DNA of 63,204 nucleotides, filler included, from Reticulomyxa filosa (GCA_000512085.1; 15 parts of 15 records of this genome joined end to end with filler, not necessarily neighbours in it); one strand, 5' to 3'. Shown: positions 13,857 through 27,061, counted from the whole stretch's first letter. Numbers and translations are program-made. Notes: generated from the sequence alone by a model not told the origin.

Positions 13857-14611
13857 ATTTGTTTGTATATGTATTATGCAAATACAAAAAACGTTTTTAC
13901 AAATGTGAAAAACTTTTTTTTAAAACTTGAATATGTTCTCAATACTGATATGATAAAAGAACAACGCTTTTCGGTCACAGATTATTGTTGATTTCATTCA
14001 TTGAGTTTCTTTTTTTAAATTTACTTCAATTTCAAGCTGAAATAAATAAAATGCGACAGTCATCATGCAGCTGTCAGATGTCATTGAAAAATAAAATTAA
14101 AGCAATATTTAAACATCCACAGTTTAAATAGAAACTGCAAATGAGCATTAAGTAGTTCATCGTAACGTGACAAATAACTATAATCTCTGCAGTAGTTAGC
14201 AACTGTAAAAGGAGCAGCTTACAATATATGAAGAGATAAAGTGCAAAAATTGCTTATACTGCAAATTTTAGATTCATTTTACGTGATTAGACACAACTCT
14301 TGCATATAGGTAGTTTAGCACATTATAAAATACAATCCGAAATGAACATTTAACATGTTCTACCAGTATTCGTTGTTATTTTCATTGAACAAATACATTA
14401 TATTTATTTTTTATCTAATTTGGATATCGAATATTGAAAGCGCTCTTGTTTAAAACAAAAAATATATCCATTTATTGTAGTAAATAGCAGAAAATGTTAA
14501 GGATAGTTACATATCAGAGCGAACATTTATTTTTACAAAAAGCAACCATATGTTTTGTATTTTATTAAAACTGGCAATAAATCTGAGCCGACAAATGGAA
14601 AATTTGCCATT

Positions 14612-15313
14612 TTATATAATAGATAGCGAGAAATAAAATTGAAACTCTGAAAACTTTCTCATCATCGACGAAAATTCCCCTGGTGTGAGTGTTTTGTTTC
14701 CATCTAAGTCAGACTCTTGAAAAACGCGTTCGACAATCTCCTTGATTTCGAAATCACTCATTGTTGGACCTACAATATTGCGAACACAATTATGCACGTC
14801 AAGCAGACCGATTAGTCCATCATTATCAAAATCATACAGTTTGAACGCCCAGAAATGCTTTATTTCACAAGGAGTACGAAACAAAAATGCATTTGCCAAA
14901 TACAGCAAATCGTCAAACGTTAAGGAACATAATCCACTCAATGCATCGCGATGTGAAGCAAATGTAAAACATATTCGTTCACTCCATGGATTTGCCTGAG
15001 AAGTGTGAATTTTTTAGTGTTTATTCCTCTAGAGTTTTTATATAACAAACATTCAACTTTAAGACTTTTAATCTTTTGAATTAACGTATTTGACAAAACA
15101 ACTCCTATTTTTAGTGAAAAATTTTTAATTTAGTTTATTTAGTGTGCTGTATAGATAATTTTAATGTATACTTGGCTCTTCATAATAATAAGCACCAAAA
15201 GTCTGCCATAAGGAATACAATTTAATTATTTCTTGTCTAGTAAAAAAAGTAGTACTTTCCATGCGGTCCATATCTTCTTTTTTGAATGGGATTTTTTCAG
15301 TGCAGTTTCCCAT
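14612..15313 (-). CDS. CIB1/calcineurin-B-like EF-hand calcium-binding protein with MG N-terminus
   Basis: MGNCTEKIPFKKEDMDRMESTTFFTRQEIIKL; LK/ANPWSERICFTF; LTFDDLL; AFKLYDFDNDGLIG; ESDLDGNKTLTPGEF. Confidence 0.85.
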
Positions 15314-15892
15314 ATTTTCTTTTCACTTGATTTTATTTCTTTGTAGTGCTGCGACAAGCCTCATCATCTTGTTTGCTTGAGTACAAATAAATTCAAGAAA
15401 GACAAAAACATCATCTTGTATTGAAAAATAAGTTATTAATACTGATACTTTTACCAAACAAAGTTGAACAAATAATTTCAAATTACAACTGGACACAGAA
15501 AAAAATTAGTCATTGAAGATATTTGCATTGGAAATTTGATTAAAGGTGCTTTAAGTAAAAAAAAGAGATATAAACGTAAATCCAAGCAATATCTTAACAT
15601 GAGAAAACTATATCTACTTTTGTACACATTCAGTCTTTTAATGGAACAGTTGTGAATGCTTTCATTGTTAATTAAAAGTACAGTCAAGCGATACAATAAA
15701 ATCTTTTTGTTTTTTAATTAATTTTTGTGAAACATGAAATCTTTTAATTTCATCATTAAAAATAAGAAACAGTGACGACAGTGCATTCGTTATATGTTTT
15801 GTTTTACGGTGTTGTATTGACCCATTCCACAAAACTTGGTACTTCTGAGTAGCTGAGTGAAAATTTGGAACAAAACCTTCAATATTCAAACA

Positions 15893-18800
15893 ATGTCAGA
15901 AATTCGATCATCAGGCCAATCATCTCAGCCAGTTTCTACCCATACTGGAACTCCTCGTCTATTTGAATACTTTGCAATTTTAGGTTTGCAGCAGACCAAG
16001 TTTCAGTTGTCAGAGACAGATGTTACTATAGACTCAAAAGGTTATATGAATTGCAACAAAAAGTAGTTGTGAGGTTGTTTATTTGTTTTAAATGTGTTCG
16101 ATGGTTTTCGAATCTAGTTTCTTGACTGAGTATGCATGTACGAACTGTTTGGTGTTTGAGAAAAATAGACATGGGATTTCGCCCAATTGTGAAATATGCA
16201 TATAACGTGAACACAAGTAAGCAATCACTAGCGTCATCACCAACAGCATCCGTATTGGATGACATACTCACAGACAAAGAAAAAAATAAAGGCACAGAAG
16301 AAAATACAATATCAAAAGAAAAAGGAGAAGAGGATGAAATACTAATGCAAATTCGAAAATATTGTTTTCCAGATTTGTCAGATCTTATCCAAAAGTACAT
16401 AGCAGTGGCAACGAATCCGAAGGCTCAGGACAAATACTACCAAGTCTTATTTCAACATCCAATGCAATCAGAAAAATTTGATTTTGTTCTCACAAAGCCT
16501 GGTGTCCAGAGATTGTATGGTCATTGCCGCCGAGTTTACACCATTGAAGGTGGAGAATAAATAATAAATTATCGAAACGTGTATTGACCAAAAAATAATA
16601 ATTATTTTTTTTTTTTTTTTGTGTGTGTATGTCGGGATGTCCATTATTTTTTTTTTTTTTTAAATGAGAACAAATACGCACACATATCTGTAAATGTGGG
16701 TAAACAAATGGATTGAATTTTATTTTTTTATTTTTTAAAAAAAAAAAAAGGCAAATGGAAAGTGCTCCCAAATGCCAACTGGATTGTGCTTGTTATCAAA
16801 ACACCCATTTTTGTCGTTGTTGGAACAAGTAATGGATTGTGTGTTGGCCAGATGGCTGTGCTGCCCAGAGGCGATCTTTCCATTGTTGGATAGCATTATG
16901 AACCATCCGGTTCCCGCTTTGGGAGATGTGTTTCACGTTCACATTCGATCGCAAATCCCAAGTGCGCCCGACGAAATTGTCACCCTATGTCTGCAAGACG
17001 TGTATCACATCTCACTGCGTCCTTTGTTTATGACGTTGTCTGTTGAAGTCATCGTTTTCATTTTATCTTGTCTTCTCACCGAAAAGAGGTCTGTTTGATC
17101 ATTATTATTATTTTTTTTTTTTCTTTATTTTATGTCAGTTTTTACCAACGGGGTGCCACATCACATGTGTTGTATATACATATGCATATACATATAAATG
17201 TATACATGTATATGTGTATATACGTATCTATACATTCACATGACTTGTTTGTGTTTGCAAGAATTATAGTGCTGAGCGAATCACTAGAAAAACTGAGCAG
17301 TTGTATTCACGGACTGATGGCGGTAATGTATCCATTTCGATGGAATCACATGTTTGTGCCGATACTGCCGGAGCAATTGCTGAAGTATGTGACAGTGCCA
17401 ATGCCATTTGTGCTGGGGATCAAGTCGCACTTGCGAAAGCACTTGGACAAGTACCAACTGCACCAGATCGTGTTGATCGACTTGGACAACAACAGTATCA
17501 AGTCGAGTTACTCGAATTTGACAAGACTGCCACAGGAGCCGACGTCGAAGCTGAAGCGCGAATTGACGAGATTAGCGAAGAAAAGCAAGGACTTGTTGTT
17601 GCTGGATTCATCGAGTGCAGAGACCAAAGAAAACACGAGCATCACCACAACGCCAACAACGACGACGACGATGGCGACGACGATGGCGACGACGATGACG
17701 ACGACGACGACGACGACGACAACGGCGACAATGATAGCGACAACAACAACAGCAGCGACAAGCACTGCTTTGAAAATCAAAAAGCTCAAGTTTTTGGACA
17801 GCATTCACGAAATTGCAAAAGGATGGGACGACTTGGCATTTTTTGATGCATTTTTGGCTTTTTTTGTAGTGTTCATTGGCGACTGGCATAATTTCTTTAA
17901 CAGCCACTCTCCGACGGCGCCCATTCCACCGTTCCACATGACCACGGAAGAGACTCAGCGCAAGATGCTGGCGGACATAATCCAGTCGGGACACCCTTTG
18001 GCAAAGAATATGCAAATGCAAAGTCCTGCGAGTCATAGTGCGAGCAGTTCGATGGCTTCACAAATCAAAGACAAGGAAGCGGAAGAACAGACGCATCAGA
18101 AAGCTGCGAGCATAAGCGAATTGGGTTCAGTCGAATTGAACAGCAGATCGTCATTTTCGGCTGGTGGTAGTGTGGGTGGCAGTGGTAGTCGTTATATAGT
18201 TGGACTGAAGTCGTTGGGAGGGAAGATCTACAAAGCTGCGACTAGCACAATAGCGTCAAAGAATACCACGACAACAATGGAGGGCAATGATGCAATGGAT
18301 TGGATTGACGATGACGATGCCGGTGGACGAAATAAAAAGGAACGGACGAAAAAAGCTGAAATGATGCGATTTTGCTACGACGAGGAAGCGATGAAATATT
18401 TAATCGCATTTTGCCAAACGCAATTGTTTCAGACGTGGTTCACTCGACAACAAGAGACGTCCACGACCAAATTCAATGGCGTTCAGGACCGCTTTGATTA
18501 TGCGATTCAAAATCGTCTTCATTATGGCGGGGGCGCCTCATATCCGACCTGCTTAAAGTTTCTTAGGAATGCCACACTGTCGCGCGAAAATGTGATGACT
18601 GTTACCATCAACTTGAAGAGCCACATCGACGATATGGCCACGTTGACGTCGAACAAAGAATTGGAAGATTTCGTGAAAAACAAAGCCAAACATGCCACTC
18701 ATCTCGCGTTGGCCGCTTTTGACCCACGCGTTTTCGCGGCGTTGAACAACATATTGGATTATCGCTTGAAAGATACAATCGGGAAAAATTACCCTCATGG

Positions 18801-20263
18801 CTTAATGGCCCTCTACTTGCTTCGAGTATTCTTAGAAAAATCCACAGATCGCTATGTTGTCACCGCCACCAACTCATTCCTGCCATTGGTCACTGAATTG
18901 CGCCATTACAAACATCAAAATGAACAAGTGCAATCGGAAATGCGCGATCGCGCAGTCAAATTGTACCAATTGATTACCACGACTGACCAACTGCGAAAGG
19001 CAGGATCAGCCTCTATGTTGCGTTCAAGGACCTGTATGACTATCAATACAAAGAAGAGGAACACTTGGAAAGCGCCAAGCGATCCAATTTGATCGACGAG
19101 AAAATGGCAACTATTGACTTTGCCAATTTAAATTTGGACTCAATGAATGAAACAGACCAAATTATGCTGACGGATTTGTTGGGATTGAATTTTATGGATT
19201 CATTTGGAGGAGCCAATGTCTTTAGTGAAGTTAACCTCCAAATATCTTTGCAATGATTCCTTCATGATCTTATCTATATACTTTATTGTTATTGTTTTTT
19301 GTTTTTTTTTTTTTGGTTCGGACAAGGTATCCCAATTTGACGCAAAAAATCCAAACTTGTATCGCGTGAAAATGGCTGGTGGTGAAGTGAAAATGATACC
19401 TCCATTTGATCATTTACATCAACAATTCCGACCTCCACCGCTTTTTGCAACTGATTATAACGATGATGATGATAATGATAATGACAACGACGACGATGAC
19501 GATGACGATGAAGAGGGCGATAAGGCAGTGGCTGCTTTGATGGGCAATAGACCGACCGGACCGCTGAACCGATCGCAAAATGACATTGGAATTTTGTCTC
19601 GAAGTGACCAGGATCGTGAATCGACAAAACACACACTGCGTGAGCTTCGAGCGGATAAAGACTTTGCCAATCTTTTTGGGTCGCCTCCGAACAAACAGCA
19701 AAACACAAGCGTACCACTGACGACAGCTAAAAAAAGCAATCGGGATAGCTTTGGTTTAGATTTGTTTGAGGCTGCTGCCGATGATAGTGCAACAGACCCC
19801 TCAAAAACAAACGACCCCATTGGCGATATTTTTGGCTTGTCCGACAATAGTGTTGACAAACAATCGGACAAAAGATCAAAAGCAAACAGTCAATCATGGG
19901 CACAAGATTTTTTTGGGGGTGATGATATCGACAGTCAACAGCAATCGCTCAATCCCACAACCCATAGTACTGAGTGGGATCAATTTACTACTGGGTCCAA
20001 TCCGTTGAGTTTTTTTTTGGACTTGAGGAAAAAAAAAAACAAACAAACTGCATTGCTGTGTATAAACATTTGATAGACAACCAACTGATAAAGACTTTCT
20101 TGATGCTCTCCTGTCTGACTCTCTATCAAAAAAAACAAATGATTCCAACAAGAAAACGACTGACAGTGCTGCCAACAAAAAAAGCACTAATGTACAGGAA
20201 ACTGTTAAGAGTGGCCAAAATAGTTCCAGAAATGATTACATCGATCATTTTCAGGGCTTGTAA
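15893..20263 (+). CDS. DENN-domain Rab GEF fused to an ENTH-like domain and an acidic motif-rich tail
   Basis: uDENN RLFEYFAILG, KYCFPD, FDFVLT..G.RLYGHCRR, LCLLSKHPF; cDENN LLTEKRIIVLS, MYPFRWNHMFVPILP..L..PMPFVLG; dDENN FCQTQLFQTW; ENTH-like ~18610-19010; one missing base at ~19002; last exon ends DHFQGL* at 20263. Confidence 0.9.
17641..17768 (+). repeat. Coding (ACG/ACA/ATG)n repeat giving a poly-Thr insert in the DENN gene
   Basis: ITTTPTTTTTMATTMATTMTTTTTTTTTATMIATTTTAATST. Confidence 0.9.
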
Positions 20264-21639
20264 CAAGTACGCCACATTATGGGCGGAACGTTGCACTGTT
20301 GTTTTTTGTATGTTTGCCGTGTCTTTGTTCCGTTCGTTTTTCGGTAATGATGCAGGGAAAAAAAATTAATCTTTCGAAACAATAGGCCCAAATAACTTAT
20401 TCATAAAATCTTCGACATTAACTCTTATTGTGAACTAAAATATTTAGATCTGTTTCAGAATAGAGATATCAAAGTTGTATAAAATGTAGTATCCGTGAAC
20501 ATAGCACCAAAAAAGTTCCAGGGGTAGAATCACAAAAAGATTGTATGCTTTCTTTGTTTTGTTTGTTCTTGGTAAGTATGAAAATGGATTTCAACAACGT
20601 GAAATATTACATTAGATCCTTTGATAAATGAAATGTTTGAATCTGTAAGAAAAAAGTGCGAAGTGACGCGCTTCGTCGCAACGAAATCACAATTGCACAA
20701 TGTTAAGTTCTAAGACATAAAAAAACACATAGCACGCGTCCCTAAGTACAGTGGAGAGAACAGTTTATTCTTTCTTACTGTTCCGTTAACGTGCCAGAGT
20801 AATGTTGTGATACTGTTTTTTGTTTTTGAATCTCGTTACAAAAACTGAACGCTATAGTATCATACATTACTTACTACGTTTGCTTTGTACTTACATCAAG
20901 TATATGTTTGATAAAATGTCATAGGTTTTCTCAATTGTTCAAAAAGAGATGTTTGGAAATGATTTCCTACTTTTAATTTTTTTTGAAAGGTAACAATATT
21001 GATTGTGACTGCTCATGGCAATCGAAAAATTTTTTAAGTGTATAAGTGTTTTAATTTTAGAGTTTAATTGTCACTATATAACTAATGAAAACAACACTAC
21101 AAACAATTAGATCTTTCTATTAAATTATATCTTGCAAATACGATTATTTAAATAGTTTTTGTTTTTTAGATTAACCAGAAGATTAAAATAGTTTTAATTT
21201 TCTATTGTACGATTTATAAAGAGTAAGCAGTAAAAAATGTTAATTTTTTTTTAACTTCTACCGTATTACACTGTAGGAAGTGCTGAAGCAGCACCAAATG
21301 TAGTGTGAAAATTATACTGAAAATGGCTCAGAAAAAAAACAAAAATATTTAAATAATAAAGAGACCAACACACTGAAAGACTAAGAAACAGAAAGGTTAA
21401 AAAACATCGAATGTTGTTGGAGGAAAAGGGCTCCATTGTTCGAGTGGAACTTCTCCTGAATTAGTATGGCATTACTTAATATAATCTAAAAAAGTAGTAT
21501 TTTTTGCTGATGTAATTGTTATTGAACAACATTTTTTTAACATTGAAGTGGAAGACAGAGAAGTTGCAGATTAATACTTACTTTATCATTCGAACACTTA
21601 TTTTGCAATTCTTACTAAAAGGTAGATTAACAATTTAAT

Positions 21640-21760
21640 GACACACTAAATGGCACCTCTATAAAGAGAGTCGATTTTTTCCATGAAAAATAGACATGTA
21701 ACCACAATTTTTTTAAAAAAATATACAACTCTTGTAGTTTAAATATAAAATTGGTTTTAT
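21640..21760. mobile_element. Degenerate Tc1-type TIR at contig end
   Basis: CTAAATGGCAC..TCGATTTTTTCCATGAAAAATA..TCTTGTAGTTT..TTGGTTTTAT is the reverse complement of the element end at ~29400-29515. Confidence 0.65.
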
Positions 21761-21886
21761 AAAAAAAAAAAAAAAAAAAAAAAAAANNNNNNNNNNNNNN
21801 NNNNNNNNNNNNNNNNNNNNNNNNNNNNNNTTAATTAATTAANNNNNNNNNNNNNNNNNNNNNNNNNNNNNNNNNNNNNNNNNNNN

Positions 21887-22366
21887 TCCATAACCTGATT
21901 TTATTTCTGTTAATATTGTACCTTGTTTTAACATACGATTTAAATATTTTATTAATTCTTTTAATAATATTTCTTCTTTTTCTTTTCTAATACATTCTAC
22001 AGTATATCCTATTCCACCACCTTTTTTATGTATTTCCATATATGTTGCACCTTTTATTTTCATTTCAAATTCATTTATACGATCTCCTGCAAATATTGAA
22101 TGTGTATGACTATCTACTAATCCTGGTATTATTGCTTTTTTCATTTTTAAATCTATTATTTCTTTTTTTTCTTTTTCATATTTTTTTATTATATATTCTG
22201 ATTTTCCAACATCTTTTATTTTTCCATCTTCTCCAACTGCCATTCCACCGTCTTTAATTATTTTTAATTTATCCATTTGCGAACCTTTTAAATATCTTTC
22301 TCCATTACCTGTTACACAAACTAATTCTGATGCATGAATTATTATAAATTTTAAAGCAGACGTCAT
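21887..22366 (-). CDS. hutI: Imidazolonepropionase (HutI/AMDHD1), 5' part, truncated by linker
   Basis: IIPGLVDSHTHSIFAGDRINEFEMKIKGATYMEIHKKGGGI..TV, GT..EIKSGYG; eukaryote-type N-terminus (ELVCVTGNGERYLKG). Confidence 0.95.
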
Positions 22367-22715
22367 TTTTAAAACAAACAACAAAACAAACTAGTTTTTT
22401 ATTAACAAGAAAAGAAAAACCCCTTTTCTTATATCTTCTTTCATTTCTCAACACAACTTAACAATACTTTTATTCCATTTTTTAACAGATCCAACAGTTG
22501 ATAACGTCAAAGAAATATTTTTTGTTTTCAATACATTTTGCAATAAGCACAGCAAATAACTAATTCTTTGTTTTGAAAAGAAAACAGAATTTGCAATACG
22601 TTTGTTTATTGTATCTCACTACCCCAAATACATTTTCTTGTTTATTATCATTTCAATGCAAAAATATTTTAACAATCAATGTATTGTTAAGTGTTCAATT
22701 TATCAAAAAAAAAAA

Positions 22716-23792
22716 TCATTGATGGAGATCATATTTTATTGCATTTTTACGAGTTAAAACAATAGGCTTTCGTAACCAAGGTTTCTTTGTTGTGCACACC
22801 AAATTACCAAAAATATCAATATAACCCCAATCATAAATTAACCAATGTTCTTTCAATAATTTTTTAGTGGGATTAGATTTATTGTTATTGTTATTATTAT
22901 TATGATTGTTGTCATTGATTAATTTATTTACACTTCCTAACTTTAATAACTTTTGATTAAAACGAACAACTTCTCTTGAATGTAACCAATTGAGTAACAA
23001 AAAACTTCCAAAAAAGACGCAAGGACAAAAAAAATTTATAACTTGAGTGCTTGTGATTTCATGATCCATTTCCACTTGCCATATTTTTGCTCCAAAACAA
23101 ATACATTGCCACAAACAAAACGTGGCCGTAATTGGCACATACAATCGTAATCGCCTTTTTGACAATACTTTTTCAATGTATTGACTCAAAATTTGATGAG
23201 TGAATCGATATTTTAGGATTACACCAAGTCCACTTTGATTCTGAAAACGTAAGGATGGAATACTGTAACTTAACAAACGTTCTGACCAAGATAATTCAAC
23301 AGATGTGTTTGTATTCTTTGTTATTTCTTTTCCTTGCAAATAGCGTGTTTGCTTCGAAAATAACAAATCTTTACTATACAATTCAAATCGAAAATGAGAA
23401 TAATTTGGAATTATGTCTTTTTCATATGATAGTTCGTTTTCTTCCGATGTTATTCGGTTTTCTTCTATCAATAGCTTGCATTGATGATACAAGTGTTGTA
23501 TTTGTGCGTGATACACCACACTGCCCAATGGTATCAGTGGCACCAACGCTGGCAAAAGGCTCACATGATTCAAAGTTGTCAGTGATCCAAATACCACAAG
23601 TCCAATCATGTTCATCTTTTGTCGTCCAATGTCTCCTGCTAGAACTTCGACGGTCGGATGCAAGTCACTGAAGCAGATCCGAAGTGGATCAGGGGCATTT
23701 TTTTTCACCAAATTGGATAATAACAATTCTTTTGGTAATTTTGATTTCATCCTGCTTGAATATAGTTTTTTTTTTGCTGCAATAATAAACAC
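22716..23792 (-). CDS. Intronless multi-pass membrane protein of unknown function
   Basis: 358-codon ORF with about four hydrophobic segments; start uncertain; divergent from the EDEM-like gene across ~250 bp. Confidence 0.7.
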   Translation of the reverse strand: MFIIAAKKKLYSSRMKSKLPKELLLSNLVKKNAPDPLRICFSDLHPTVEVLAGDIGRQKMNMIGLVVFGSLTTLNHVSLLPALVPLIPLGSVVYHAQIQHLYHQCKLLIEENRITSEENELSYEKDIIPNYSHFRFELYSKDLLFSKQTRYLQGKEITKNTNTSVELSWSERLLSYSIPSLRFQNQSGLGVILKYRFTHQILSQYIEKVLSKRRLRLYVPITATFCLWQCICFGAKIWQVEMDHEITSTQVINFFCPCVFFGSFLLLNWLHSREVVRFNQKLLKLGSVNKLINDNNHNNNNNNNKSNPTKKLLKEHWLIYDWGYIDIFGNLVCTTKKPWLRKPIVLTRKNAIKYDLHQ

Positions 23793-24046
23793 TATGAAAA
23801 GCTCCCCCCCCAGAAGCTAAAAAGTTCAACAGCGAGACTCGTAGCTTGGTTTCAAGACAAAAGACAAAAAATTTGCACCGCTTTGATATTTTTTCGGCAT
23901 AACTGAAAGATTGTGACCATAAACGACGTGATAGTTTTTTTCAACAATAAGGGGGGTGTTCGAAAAAACTCAAGCATCATCGAGAAAAGCCAACATTAAT
24001 AAATAAATAAATTGATTGCTCTTATCAAAAATTTTTGCAAGACATA

Positions 24047-24653
24047 ATGCCTTTAAGTTGGCAACTGTTTCATCTATGGTGTTTGCTGCTAGTTTGTTTA
24101 TTAAACTTTAACTTAAGTCACACGACGACAAATGAGAAATATTCGAATCCGTTTCCTAGATCATTACGGAAAAGGGCAGTAGCACAAATACACGAAATGT
24201 TCGACCACTCATTTTACAATTATATGATGAAGGCCTTTCCACACGATGAGCTAAAGCCGAAAACAGGCGAATATACGGACAGCCTACCAGAATTGGGCGG
24301 CGCACCAAAAGTTTCTCGACATGTATATCAAGGCATAGCATTGACAATGATAGATTCATTGGATTCACTGTTATTATTCAACCACAGCGTGGACTTTATA
24401 TATTTTCTACAATACATCCAAGCGAACAACTTGACAAAATTCAGTCACTTAAATATTCGAGTGCATGTGTTTGAAGCCAATATTCGCGTGCTTGGAGGGC
24501 TATTATCCGCGCATTCCATGCTTGTTCATCCCAAACTTAGAGCAACCTTTTTCAGAAGATCCCCCAAGAAATTTGTTTACAACAATGAGTTTTTGATTTT
24601 AGCACAAGATTTGGGAGAGTTAATTTGCATTTTTTTTTTTTTTAAAACTAATA

Positions 24654-24696
<43 letters not shown>

Positions 24697-25117
24697 TAAT
24701 CAATGTGCAGCTCATTGATGGCAGCATTTGAAACCGAAAATGGAATCCCCTTTGCATGGGTGAACCTGCGAGAAGGGGTATTGAAAGACGAAATCACAGA
24801 CACGTGTACCGCAGGGGTAGGTACACTATTGGTGGAGTTGTCGATGCTGAGTTATTATACGGCGAATGACAAATATTTTGTGAGTGGACACAAGGCATTG
24901 CTGCAACTCTGGAAATTGCGAAACAAATCCAACAATTTGTTCGGCAATTCGTTTGATCGCAACACATTGGAATGGACCAATGAGAACTCCGGGATTGGTG
25001 CCGGCATTGATTCTTTTTACGAGTACTTGCTCAAAACCTTTCTTTTGACCGGATATCACAAATATTGGGACATGTTTTTGCTGGCTTATCGAGGAGCTTT
25101 GAAATATCTAAGACAAG
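24047..25117 (+). CDS. EDEM-like GH47 alpha-1,2-mannosidase, 5' part
   Basis: Signal peptide; EMFDHSFYNYM..AFPHDELKP, LTMIDSLDSL, VFEANIRVLGGLLSAH, AFET..GIP..VNL, TCTAGVGTL..E, SGIGAGIDSFYEYLLK. Confidence 0.93.
24652..24693 (+). repeat. (AAT)n microsatellite in EDEM intron
   Basis: About 13 tandem AAT units shortly before the acceptor. Confidence 0.9.
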
Positions 25118-25236
25118 GTCTTTTTATATGTACATATACATGTATATATGATGCACATATATATTGAAGTGCTCTTTTGCGCAAAAGTGCAAAAAATTAA
25201 TCTCATATCAATTTAAAAAAAAAAAAAAAAAAAACT

Positions 25237-25267
<31 letters not shown>

Positions 25268-25367
25268 NNNNNNNNNNNNNNNNNNNNNNNNNNNNNNNNN
25301 NNNNNNNNNNNTTAATTAATTAANNNNNNNNNNNNNNNNNNNNNNNNNNNNNNNNNNNNNNNNNNNN

Positions 25368-26629
25368 TTTTTGCTGTTTTTGATATTATTTCTCTCAGTT
25401 ATTTGCAAACCTGAACAGTTTTATCTCCACGCCAAGAGCCAGTAACAATTACATCATTTTGAATATCTAACGATTGTCCAGCAATGTGTGGTCCATATAT
25501 GGATCGAAACGATCCTTTGGTTCGAATATCCCAATACTATTGAAAAAAAATTAAGAGTAAAAAAACAAATGTATAAATATTGCGAACATAAAACGCATAT
25601 TGCCTTTTTAAATTCGTAACTAAAACAGTATCATCCCATCCCCCAGAAAGTACAATATTTTGATCATCTGGTTTGAATTTTACTGCAAACACGCGATTAG
25701 AATGTCCCGGTTTCTTAGCCATATATCCACGTTCCATCACGCAAAATAATTTTTTTTGTTTCTTCATCATACACACGAATTTTACGGTCCATTCCTCCTG
25801 TTACTACCATTTTGCCGTCTTTTCTTATGTCCATCTGTTCAATGAGAAGGGGGACGGAAAAAAAAACTTCAATTTCAAAATATATCCAAACATTGTAAAT
25901 ATCGGATCACTTACACAGAAAGTTTGGTTTTTGTCTTCAAGAATGGAATAAATTGTTTTTTGTGATTGAACATGCCAATAGTTGAGTTGACCAGACGCGT
26001 CTGTTTCCCAAAGAAAAAAATTAAGCTGCAGTTTTTGTTTGTACAACGAACATAGATAATGTACGCACACAAATAAACTTGAAGAAATTAGAATATTGTC
26101 AGCATTTGACCCAGGTTTCCACCGTAGTGAAGTGCAAGGCATGTTTCCAACATTTTTGAGTTTATATGCTAATTTTCCTTGACGGGTGAGAATCCGAATA
26201 TCACCGTCACTACAACCTACTGCCAACAGTTGTCCATCTGGAGACCAACGCAGTGCAAATATACCATCACTATGGTCACTGTGTATATTGTAATTACAAA
26301 CTTTTTTTTTTTTTGCCACTAGAACGAGCAAAGAGGGACGGGAACAAAGTCACATACATAGTGAATTCTCTACACTCTTTTGGCTCGATGTTTACCTTAG
26401 GAACTCGGTCTACTAAATCTACATGTTTCAATCCACATAGTCAGATGAATTGTGTTCGTTTGGTAAGATGTGTTCCAAATAATAACACAACAGAAAATCT
26501 ACCTTCAGTTTTTTTTTCTGGTTCTTTAGTGGAGTTCTCAACAATCTCATTTGCCTTCGAACTGAGAGTAAGGCTTAAATTTTTTTTGCTAAGTGAAACT
26601 TCAGAGTCTGCGGGTCTTGACATTCTCAA
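25368..26629 (-). CDS. WD40-repeat protein (distinct from the expanded family), multi-exon, 3' truncated
   Basis: IFALRWSPDGQLLAVGCSDGDIRI; PCTSLRWKP; GHSNRVFAVKF..DQNIVLSGGWDDTV; WDIRTKGSFRSIYGPHIAGQSLD. Confidence 0.85.
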
Positions 26630-27061
26630 AACAATTTCTCACTGCAGAAAAGGCTCAACAAAAGCTGCAAGGGTGAAAGTTTATCTAACAAATGAGCGGT
26701 AGAGTTTGCAAGTTACATTGTCGATCTAATTATGATAATTAAGTTGCGACTTATTGCTGATGTTTTTTTTTTTGTATATTTTATTTTCGAAATAAAAAGT
26801 CTCTTTGATTCTTTCTTTGCAATTAAAACTCAAAGCGAAAGAGGGAGGGAAAAAAAAAAGCAGTCAGCTTGAAACAACTAAGCGTCTGGGAAAAAGGAAA
26901 ATTTTTTTGAAAAGATGAAAGAAGAAAGCGGGGGAAAAATGAACAAACATATGCAAAAGCCGAATGAAATAAAAAAAAGAAAACAGAACAACAAAAAATA
27001 ACATAACGATTTTTTGGTCGAGTGTAAAATAACAGAGAATTTTAGTGAAGTTCAAACAAGT

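Noticed and set aside
2041-19003. Frameshifts at ~2045, ~3330 and ~19002 as programmed ribosomal frameshifting
   Set aside because: All are single-base changes in A runs or an AA pair, in both directions, with no shared slippery or stop context. Homopolymer sequencing error or decay is simpler.
17301-19871. Overlapping and antisense ORFs (poly-Asp, poly-Val, poly-Arg, poly-Ser) over the DENN gene
   Set aside because: Shadow frames of trinucleotide repeats in GC-richer coding DNA.
20658-20679. Small GC hairpin GCGAAGTG-ACG-CGCTTCGT as a Helitron end or ncRNA
   Set aside because: Short, no CTRR terminus at the expected distance and no second copy in the window.
21887-22366. hutI as bacterial contamination or endosymbiont DNA
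   Set aside because: The N-terminus is eukaryote (AMDHD1)-like and the same contig carries a spliced EDEM gene; kept only as a composition finding.
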